64,000 nucleotides of DNA, from positions 19,840,001-19,904,000 of the forward strand of contig NC_073407.1 of NCBI RefSeq assembly GCF_028641065.1, written 5' to 3'. The position numbers and the translations under genes are program-made. The stretch is from Leucoraja erinacea (lineage: Eukaryota). Positions 54,224-64,000 of this stretch are shown here, piece after piece; positions within the stretch are counted from its first letter, which is position 1, and every line of letters starts with the position of its first letter. The notes under the pieces are model-generated. The model searched no databases. It was not told where the DNA came from and saw nothing but the letters and a program-made list of their open reading frames with translations.

Positions 54224-57200
54224 GTAATTACATAGTTCTAGCAATATAAAAATACTCTGTCAATCTTGCACGCTTTCCACCTCGCACACCTCTCCTTGAT
54301 TTGTGCATGTTTTCTACAACTATTAAAATATTTTCATCTTCCATGTTTATTGCCTTTTAAATTGGAATAAATTTGATTTGCTCTTTTAAAAAATAATCTT
54401 GCATATTCTTACTCTTATTTTGAGTGGAAATTGCTCTTTAAGGTCAGCACCAAGATACAGTTTATTCACACCAATAACTGTACTTGCAATAATTGTACCT
54501 TCATCAATTGTCCTTTTAAACTGGGATATTTACAGTAAAATCAGGACACAAGTTGCACTGATGTATGTTATTTCTTCCGACATCCCATCATTTGACAGCT
54601 TTTGGGAACTTCAGTTTGGGAACGCATATGATCTCCACAAATTCTCTTAGCCCATATGTTTGAGAGATTGCAGAATTTGTAATTTACAGATTGCAGAGTT
54701 TGTAAGAATGACACCCAAATATCACAGTTTGAAAATTATGTTGAGCAAAGCTTAACTTCCACGCTGACCTGTTGTCCTCAGATGGAAGTGGTGGAGATAT
54801 ATTCTGCTGGCTTTCACCATTGTGGCAGTAGCTGCGTATGCAGCTTGGGGATTTTTTTGCAAGAAAATTTGCCTCTCATCTATTTTTGCTCCATCCTCTA
54901 TTGCACACTCTTCCCAATGAAAGCATTTTCCCACTTGCTCCGTCCATTTTTTCACTCCCTTTTGCTGTTTTCTTGTCCCTCCTGACCAAGTAGAAGATTT
55001 CCTTTGTAGGAAATCAGAAATAAAAGATCATGGTGGAGATATAATCCTTTCTCTCTAACTTATTGTCTCCACATCAAAATATTATTTAGGTTAGAACATA
55101 ATGCTACCATGGTTGTTGTGCCAGCATACTGCTTAGCTTGTTTCAAGTGAACCCTGCACCGTTTTTGATCTTTCATGAAATTCTCACAACATTGACATAC
55201 ATTGCACCTGATGGCGTTACAACCTTTTTACTTTCAATATACAGCAGAAGCTGAAAGGAGCATTAGAATGTGGCAATCTGCGACCATGCAGCAAGGTAAA
55301 GACCAAAGTACCATGGATTCCACCAGGCAAAACGTCAGTAAGAGAACTTGGCTACAAATGGGAGGTTTGTATACTAATTCCTTGGATATGCTTGTGGTTT
55401 TGATTTAAGAATATAGTTAAAGTGGGGGTCGTAGTTTATATTAATGTTAAAGTTTATATTTAAGTTCTGTTGTCATAATGATTTTGGAGAGAGATTAGGG
55501 AGATTTGAGGGTGAACTATAGTGTGTTTCTCTGCTACTTATACAGATTTTTCTGCTGCTCTCATTGTCTCACATTTTCTCAGAATTCTTTAAAAAAAGCC
55601 ACTTTTTCCAGTAAGTCCAAAAACCTGGCTGGAGCAAGGTGATGGTACGTCTGTACATTTTTGCATTTTACTGAGCAGTGAGCTTGTGCTGTCAGTGGCT
55701 TTGAAAGTGGATGCTTAATTTTACATGATGGCGAACAGAACTATTTCTTGAGAATACAGTGAAAGTCAGACTAGTTTTTTTATACCACTAGATGGTGTAA
55801 ATGTGCAAATGGAACACTCAATAGAGATGTTGCTTTCTTCAGAAATTGTAATTAATTTAATGGTTTACATAGCATTATTACAAAATGTTTATTACTGATT
55901 CCATAGATAATTGCAATACAACACATCTAATCATTTTGGCTGGTAAGTAGCTGAAAGATAAAGACTGGGATGGATCATCTTAATTCTCTGGTCTATGCTG
56001 AGATAACAAGAGTTAACTTCCATATTCCAAATGTGATGGAAAATCTGCCCATAATTCCATCATTGGATTAGTAACTGTCAGTCCCAAGTGCACATCAACA
56101 AATTTTGATAAAGATGGGATGATATTTAGCTGTAGTGCTTAGTTTTTAGTTTAGTTTGGAGATACAGCGCGGAAACAGGCCCTTCGGCTTGCCGGCTCCG
56201 CACCTTTTAAGATCTTTAGGTTGGGCCTATCATGCTTGATCAGGACTACTCTATTTTTCTGGGTATTTCAGCTTTTAATATTTGTCTCAAGATGGTAATA
56301 ACTTCAAATCTACATTTTGTTTGGATAAGGTGTTGATTATTAGTAACATTTGCTGTCATACTATTTTTATTCCAGGGTCCAACACATCGACTGGATATAA
56401 CACCTATTGACACTGAGAAATTCCACTCAACACTTCACCTGAGTGACCTCTCCACTGATGATGAGGAAGTTATACATGGGAAGATGAATCAGTATGAGAA
56501 AAAAATCAACTGTCTTATGAAGCAAGTGGGATCATTAAAGAGCGAGGTAAGATTCTAGTGCAGCACGAAGGAAGATGTTATTTTACAGGCTGTTAATGGC
56601 ATCCTTGTACTGTCGCACCTCTAGGGATTTCAATGGGTTTCACAAAATAAAGTGCAGTAAGTTTTGTATCATCACACACTTCACTTAAAACATGAACTGT
56701 TGGCTACATTCAAGACTGGTAAGTCTGGTGTCTTGAATTGCATTGCTTGAGGGAAGAATGCCGGCTACATATCTACAGACTCATTGACATTAAGCCTGTC
56801 TATACATTATGATTATGGCAAGTCTCTTATTCTGTCCAATTCCATCAATTCTATTGGCATTCAGGAATCTATCTTGGCCTTGAATACATGCAATTACTGC
56901 GCTTACACAGCTCTCTGAGGCAGATGAATCCTAATGGTGATTTATGTGTAAATTATAGGATGAATTGAGAAAGAAAAATCATTTGCTGGAACAGCAAGAG
57001 GAGGAGCTAAACCTATCCAAGCAGTTGATTGAAGAGAAGGAGGTGGAATTAGCTGAAGTCACCAAGGAGCTTGTTCTTACTGAGCATAAGAATGAACTAC
57101 TACAAAGGAGCATTGAAATGATGGACCAAGAACATTCCCGGTACAAAGTGCTTCCTCTCTTCTGTATGATTTTGACCAACAATTTCTCATCCATGCAACT

Positions 57201-60200
57201 TTCTGCAATTGGGAGAACAGTCAATCTAGGCAATTACCATAGAAGGACCAGTATGGATTGGCTGATGCACAATAAATATTATTTAACCTAGTAGATAATA
57301 TTAGCAAAGAATGGCATTAAATTGAGTCTATTGAGAGTGTTGATAAAACCAAATGAATTGGAGTTCTGGATTCATTTTTAATCACTTTTAACGAAAAATT
57401 TGAATAACCTCGATTAAAAAATTCTATAAAGGAGACTGACTGAGAATATGTGAAACTATATCTCCTAGATACTAAAGCTAGTTAAATGAGCCACATTTGA
57501 CTTTTTCTAACTGGGTCTGGCCAATATGCATCTCCAAATCCACAAGTGTTACTTCTCTTCTTTATTCAGAGGTGATTGCGAATGGGCAATAATTTACCAA
57601 CCATGCTATTGATACCCAGTCTGATGAACAAATTAAATATCTGTCCCTTCCTGCTGAGTAATTGTTACTTTGTTCTCTTCGCTTCAAGACATCTTCTTGC
57701 ACATAATGAGAATTACTGAAGTGCGTGTTGTTTTTCAAAGCTCAGAAAAAAAGCATTGGCGAAAAGGTGACACTGTGTTGAAAAAGCTGGTCGAGGCTGA
57801 AATGGATGCAGCTGCTGCAGCAAAACAGGTTGCAGCTCTACACAGCACTATCAGTAAGCTGGGCAGTGTAAGTATAACTTTTTTTAAATCTTGAACCATG
57901 TCATTTTTTGTCTGAGGAGATTTTTCCCTTTGCCTTGTAATTGGGCCATTCTACTAATGGAGAACTGCTGAAACAGAAATACTGGAATGATTTGCTGAAT
58001 TACATGAAATATCTGTTGTTACATGGTGTTCTACATTATGTGTAGATATGTTCCATTCAAATGGGAGTATTTGTACAAGACATCACCAATTGAATTGTTC
58101 TTTCCATATTTGATAAAATAATTATTATTTTAGGGAATAAATACTGGAATTCCAGCAGAAGAAAGGTGGAACAGAAGTTTGTGTTTGGCTGAACATCCAA
58201 ATAGAGTTTTTTTGGAGACTTGAAGTTGGGTATAAGTGTTTTTTTAATGTGTTTTCCTGAAACTAGGAAATTGATGCCTGAAGAAATAGCTACTGTTTGT
58301 GAGGTACGGTACCAGAAGATGTGTATGGGAGCATAATATTGTAAATAACTTAGGAATCTTAGCCAAAACTATGGTACAGATCGAAGCGGCTCCTGGTTGT
58401 TGGAGGGGGTGGGGTGTGTGTAACAGATGGTATCAAATTATTTTTCCTCGAGAACTGAAATATCAGTAAGAGTTTGCAAAAATATTGGGTGCAAAAGTGC
58501 AACTGGACTTTGTCAAGAAACAGTTGGAAACAGAATGAAAAGTTTGTCACTATTCAGTGCAGCTGTGGAATGCTGTGTCAACGTGGATAGGGAAAAAGAG
58601 AAACTGATTAATGGAATGATTTGTAATCCCAAAGAGTGTAGAGTACAAATTTCTCAATGGTCCCTTTTCTTAAAATTCTTCTCCAAATTTGCAGTGTGCA
58701 ACTGCAGTGCCTCAAAGCTTGTTTTTTTCTCTGCATTAAGGAGAAGCAAATATCAACTTCAGAATGTAACTTCTTGACACGTCAGAAGGAATTGCTATTG
58801 CAGAAATTGGAGACATTTGACGTAACAAATAGAGCAGTTCGGGAGCTACTAAGAGAACAACATGCACAGGAGGTAAGAATTTGTCTGTGCTTGGATTTGC
58901 CAATTCTCTTCCGTAGTTGTACTCAATTAGAAAAGCTTTCTCTTCTGTTTCACTTTAGTTGGAGTTGGGTCATTCTGTACATTTGATAATAAATGTCCAA
59001 GGTAGATTTTTCATGGTCTAATCTCCACTTTTTTTTTAACCCAGGCTGATGCTTTGAGGCTATTCGAACTAAAAGAAGCCCTCCTTGAAAAACTGGCTCG
59101 GTCAGAAGCAGAAAATGCGGTGAGAAGAACATATTGCAGTTGGTGACATTGTTTATGACAAAAGATCTTGACTGGTCTGAAGAAGGGTCTCAACCCGAAA
59201 CATCACCCATTCCTTCTCTCCAGAGATACTGCCTGTCCCACTGTGTTACTCCAGCATTTTGTGTCTACCTTTGACCGGTATCACCATCTGTTTATGTTTT
59301 AGTTGTGCTTTCAGTGGTGGCTGGAATGGGTAAAAAAATGTTTTTCCATAACATCATTATTGTACAATTTTCCGAGTACCTGTACTTGTATATGAGAGAA
59401 ATCGGTTCAGTTGTGTTGTCTTCTGCACTCATGTAGCTTTTCTTGGGGATGTAATAACTATTTAGGAAAGATCAATATCTATGGATGAGATAGATGGTGA
59501 AGATTGGCAAGAAAAATATGAATAATCATGCTTGTAAAATGATAAACATTAATTTATAATTCATATTATAGAAAATCCCAAAATGATTCAGAGGCACATA
59601 AATTGACATGAGGCAAAAAAATCAGCATCAACAAGCCTGGTGAAACTGTTTTTGAAGTATTAGCGAGAAATATTCAGGGAATGAATACCAGAGGTTAAAT
59701 TTGATATGGTGTAGTGGACATGATGGGGGTTGTGGAGAAGGTAAACGAGGCTAGAGTTGATAGAATGCAGAATTCTTGGGGGGGGTAGTAGGATCAGAGG
59801 AGAAGCCAGGTATGTGGCATAAATGAACTCTGAGGCCTTTTAATACAAATATGGGAATTTTAAACACAGGGGGTTGTTGGACTAGGAGCCAAATTAGATC
59901 AGTGTGCAGGGAGTCACCGATAGATGTAGTGTGGGTTGGTATGTGCTAACAAAACCTTATGGGATCAGGTTTATGAAAAATATTTGATAGAGGCCTATCA
60001 GGCGGGGTTTTGGCCCGAAACGTTACCTATTTCCTTCGCTCCATAGATGCTGCTGCACCCGCTGGGTTTCTCTAGCATTTTTGTGTACGAAGCATAGTTG
60101 ACTCTGGTTTACTCTAGATTTCAGCATTGGATGAACTAAGAGAAGAACAGAGTTGAGTGAAGTAATGCTGGTGAAATTAGGTGGTCTTTTCAATCAAAGA

Positions 60201-63200
60201 CAATTTTATCAGCATAAAGTGAAAATGAAATGACACCAGGTTTAAATGAAATCTGAAGGAGAATTCAAAATACCTTTAGAAGGATTATTGTGTGCCAACT
60301 AGAAGTATATTATTCAGAAATTCTTTGGATTCTTAAAATTACTAATTTTATTAAATTGTTTATTATTCCTTTTCAGCACCTGTTAGTGAAGCTACAGGAG
60401 ATTGAACGCCGGACAGACCAGCTTCTTACTCAGAATCAAGCAGAAAAAGTAAGCAGAGATAAAAAGAAAAAAAAAATTACAAGCAATAAATTGAACTTAC
60501 TGTCCCCATTTAATATAAACACTGTTATATTCCGGCCTGTGCGTTAAAATGGTTATGCATGGTTAATAATTTATGCAGTTTTGTTCTCTTGCCTTTTGCT
60601 ACATTTATATTCCGTATATACAGCTCTCAGATGTTTTTTACATAGTTCTTTCCACTGATATACTCACATTTGTGTTGAAGCATTTCCTACTTTCATTTCC
60701 ATTGAGTAAGGCTTTCTATTGGATATAAAAGCTCACGGAATTTGTTGAATAAATGTTGCCAAACATGTACATGCAATGCAATTTCTATATCAAATGAAAG
60801 TAACAAATTATTTGAACAAGATTTTCTTTGCAATTTTGATAATTTTGTTAATCAGCACATTTTTCGTGAGGTCTTGAGCTGGCAAATGGCCATTTTTAAG
60901 TTTCTGGTTTTGAAAATAGACAACCCTCAGCCATTGTCAGTGAGCTTGTCAGATTCAATGGTAAAAGAAGACCAATTCAGATTAGTTAGTTTTTTATGAT
61001 CTTGGGTTTAATAAATTGCTTTGAGTTGAATGACAGTAGTACAACGGATAAACCTCAAGCGTTATGACCCTACATTAATAATGTGCTGGTAGAATCCCAG
61101 ATTTTGCAGAAACTTGTCTATGTCTAATTATTATTGTGTTTTTGACTTGATAGGAATTCCTCCATTAAGTAATTTGATACAAGATACAAGATGCGTTTAA
61201 TTGTCATTTGGACCCCTTGAGGTCCAAACGAAATGTCGTTTCTGCAGCCATACATTACAAACAAATAGACCCAAGACACAACATAATTTACATAAACATC
61301 CATCACATCGCTGTGATGGAAGGCCATATAAACTTATCTCTTGAACATTTGCACTCTCCCCCCCCCCCCCCCCGATGTCAGAGTCAAAGTCAAAGCCCCC
61401 GGCTGGCGATGGCAATTGTCCCGCGGCCATTAAAGCCACGCCGGGTGGTGCGAGGTCGCACACCGGGTCTAGTTGTTAGAGCCCCCGGCGTGCGCTCGCA
61501 GAGTCCCGCGGCCATTCCAAGCCGCGCGGGGCGGTGATGTTATGCCCCGCTCCAGGAGCTCTTCGACCCCGCAACTCGGGCGGGAGAAGTCGCCGTTGCA
61601 GGAGCCCTGAAAAGCGGTTTCCCTCCAGGGACCCGCGGGCTCCCGGTGCCGACGTCCGCAGACCCGCAGTTGCAGCCTCCGACTCTCCGGTCGGGCCGCA
61701 GCAGCAACGCTCCTCCACCGCTACACCCGCTCTGGAATCGGCCAGCTCCGCGACGGTGAGGTGAGTCGTCGGCACCAGAGTCCCCGGTCTCCTCCTGTTG
61801 GAGGTCGCTCCTCATTGCAGCCCCAACGATAACGTAGACCCGACGAGAAAAGGTCGGGTCTCCCGTACAGGGAGAGATTTAAAGCGTTTCCCCCTCCCTC
61901 CCACCCCCCCCCCCACACACACACCCCCCAAAAAAATAACAAAAACTACATAAAAACATAGACAGAAAATAATAAAACGCGGACGGCCGCTGCTGACAAG
62001 AGTCGCGTCGCCCACCGGATGTATTGGAGAGATGAAATTAGAGACTGTTATGATGACAGAAGAGGAATGGTATTTTCTTGAGTAGAATAAAGTTTGAGGT
62101 GTTAAAGGTGTTTGACATCAAGATAAATTTTTGAAAGATACATCAAGGAAAGCAGTATTGTTGAATTTGTGGTTAATGAGAATAAATATTTAGATCACCA
62201 CAAAAATAACGATGGGGGATGTTAATGTAGTTAGTTTTTATATATCCTGACTCTGGGATTGTATGGTTTAAAACTAAATTAAGTACAATAAATACTGATT
62301 ATTTCCTGGTCTTCTATGTGTTTGTGTATTCAGCATTAAATTACATTTCCAAAGTAGCTCCTTTAATATACCTTTTTAGAACCATGCATGGGAGTTTTAC
62401 AGCTACATCACAGTTCTGTTTCAATCAAAATGCCTTGTTTTCACGGAGGGAAATAATGTAATATTATCAAGTGAAGCTTTCAAATTCATAATGGATTATT
62501 GAGGCTAACTGGAGATTGTATTAGTGTCATGTTCTGTAACTTTTTTGTCCCCAAATTATTACTTCTTAGTGTTCCCACCAATCAGCAAGATATCATTGAG
62601 ATTTATGCCATTTTCCTTCATCATAAGATATAACCTATTGTTTCACCAAAGACTAAAACTAAATCATTGCATTGGTAAGCTGGCATTATAATTGATTTGT
62701 TACTCAGGAAAGAGCAATGAACTGTTTACTGAGCCACTTTTTTTCTTCCTCTTTAGGATAATGCTCACGCAGCGGCAGAGTTATCCAAATCACTTGAAAG
62801 CACTCGAGCCCATCTACAGGGACAGCTTCGCAGTAAAGAGGCAGAAAACAATCGTATGGCTGTGCAGATTAGGGTATTTCAATAATCTTACTTGCCCCAT
62901 GAGTTTCCATGGATTTGACTTTCTATTACATATATATAATTTTTTTTTATTTGCTCAAGAGTAATTTATGAATTGTTAAGATGGGCACAATGACACGACC
63001 CAATGTTAACATTCATTTTGTGTCTAATTGCTGCTATATTGTGTTGCTTGAAAATCTCTAATGGTCTGAAGAAAGGTCTCGGCCCGAAAAAAACACCCAT
63101 TCCTTCTCTCCAGAGAAGCTACCTGTTACTTCAGCTTTTTGTGCCTATCTAATGGTCCCAGTAATACGGTTCTTTTATTAAAACACTGGAATCAGTGAGT

Positions 63201-63827
63201 CCTTTGATACATTTTCAGTGAAAGGTTTATTCTCTGAAAAATCTTATATGGCAGATACATGCATGTACTCTTCACTGTTGCACTCCTGTCCAACTAAACT
63301 TAAATGAAGGACCGAGAGGTTAGAGATACCACTTAGTGAGATAATCAGCTCTTGCCATAATTATATGTTTTTCAAGTCAGATGGATGTTTAAGGTCTCAC
63401 GGCAGTGTTTGAACAGCAGCATGTTCTCCAAGTGTGTTGCCCGATATTGCTCATCAAATGAACACAATTGAAAGTGGTTTAAATCATCATTGTTCTCATT
63501 GTTACTCTTGTAGAATTTATGTTCATGCAAAATAGCTGCTATTTGTACCAACATCAATTAAATGCTACCTTTACATGTTCTGTTTTATATTTTATGGTCT
63601 CCAGCTGAAGTTTTCAATTTGTTCTAATATTACTCCTTCAGAATTTTGAGCGTACCATTGCGCAGCAGAAAGGGCAAGCGGACTACTTAACAGAGCAATT
63701 AAGGTTGTTTCATAACAAAGGGGACAGAGACAAGGAGGCCTTAAAGAAAGCCACAAAGGCTCAGAAACAACGAGCTGAACGTAGTGAAGATGCAGTCGAA
63801 CTGCTCAATTCCCAGCTTGTTGGCAAG
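54122..63827 (+). CDS. ODF2: Outer dense fiber protein 2 / cenexin (gene span, 3'-partial; 10 coding exons)
   Basis: Exons 54122-54223, 55245-55364, 56376-56546, 56959-57140, 57741-57867, 58741-58872, 59045-59119, 60377-60448, 62757-62873, 63642-63827; phase-consistent. LHVHVDETTPVHVHVKK, KLVEAEMD and LTRQKELLLQKL match recalled human cenexin. Confidence 0.95.
55245..55364 (+). CDS. ODF2: ODF2 exon containing the cenexin insert
   Basis: KVKTKVPWIPPGKTSVRELGYKWE; tandem acceptor acag|cag|aag. Confidence 0.92.
56376..56546 (+). CDS. ODF2: ODF2 exon
   Basis: LHLSDLSTDDEE...YEKKINCLMKQVGSLKSE. Confidence 0.94.
56959..57140 (+). CDS. ODF2: ODF2 exon (coiled coil)
   Basis: EEKEVELAEVTKELVLTEHKN. 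Confidence 0.9.
57741..57867 (+). CDS. ODF2: ODF2 exon
   Basis: KLVEAEMDAAAAAKQVAAL. Confidence 0.94.
58741..58872 (+). CDS. ODF2: ODF2 exon
   Basis: LTRQKELLLQKLETFDVTNRAVRELLREQH. Confidence 0.95.
59045..59119 (+). CDS. ODF2: ODF2 exon
   Basis: ADALRLFELKEALLEKLARSEAENA; ccag| acceptor and |gtgaga donor. Confidence 0.88.
59174..59270 (+). mobile_element. Solo PLE terminal repeat with hammerhead-like core
   Basis: GGT-CTGAAGA-A-GGG-TCTCAA-CCC-GAAA-C-ATC-ACC followed by the family tail. Confidence 0.75.
60377..60448 (+). CDS. ODF2: ODF2 exon
   Basis: HLLVKLQEIERRTDQLLTQNQAEK; donor |gtaagc. Confidence 0.9.
61176..62015 (-). mobile_element. Young GC-rich non-autonomous retroelement with a (TCTTGTA)n tail
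   Basis: Minus-strand end caaatgacaattaaacgcatcttgtatcttgtatc, similar to other tgacaataaa-type LINE tails here; dense CpG unlike the flanks. Confidence 0.7.
62757..62873 (+). CDS. ODF2: ODF2 exon
   Basis: ELSKSLESTRAHLQGQLRSKEAENNRMAVQIR. Confidence 0.94.
63642..63827 (+). CDS. ODF2: ODF2 exon
   Basis: KGDRDKEALKKATKAQKQRAERSE. Confidence 0.94.
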
Positions 63828-64000
63828 GTATTCAATTAGTATTGGGAAATAGTGGCATGGAATGTTGGCAGCTAAAACTGAAATTGAATAACAAGTATAT
63901 ATTGAATTGGATTAATCATACCATGTGCCTGGAGCGAATGATGAAAGACAGTACTTTACTTCCTCCACACTGAAAGATAACTCTGAGCTGTCTAAAACTC

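Noticed and set aside
61197-62015. Several GC-rich ORFs on both strands
   Set aside because: Expected from stop-codon depletion in a GC-rich repeat; no protein motifs.

Overview
Vertebrate genomic DNA. The repeat content (HE1/V-SINE-like SINEs, CR1 tails, Penelope-like elements) suggests a cartilaginous fish, probably a skate or ray; this is inferred, not database-checked. Four spliced genes can be assembled with consistent GT-AG sites and reading phase: CIZ1 (+, 14 coding exons, 5' end probably before the window), BBLN/C9orf16 (-, 2 exons, 85 aa), PTGES2 (+, 7 exons, 380 aa) and ODF2/cenexin (+, non-coding exon 1 plus 10 coding exons, running off the window end). Gene calls rest on recalled human orthologue motifs. 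Introns hold decayed CR1, Penelope-like (GIY-YIG), Rex/L2-like and SINE copies, a PIF/Harbinger-type MITE and a hAT MITE. Most notable: (1) many Penelope-derived terminal repeats carry a minimal hammerhead-ribozyme-like motif, several as self-inverted palindromes; (2) the CIZ1 terminal exon is greatly expanded, with an in-frame 264-bp tandem duplication, and the mammalian Q-rich middle domain is absent; (3) the BBLN intron holds a nested PLE/SINE/PLE stack with a 12-bp TSD and long inverted arms; (4) ODF2 retains the 19-aa cenexin-insert internal donor and has an X-box-like promoter motif.
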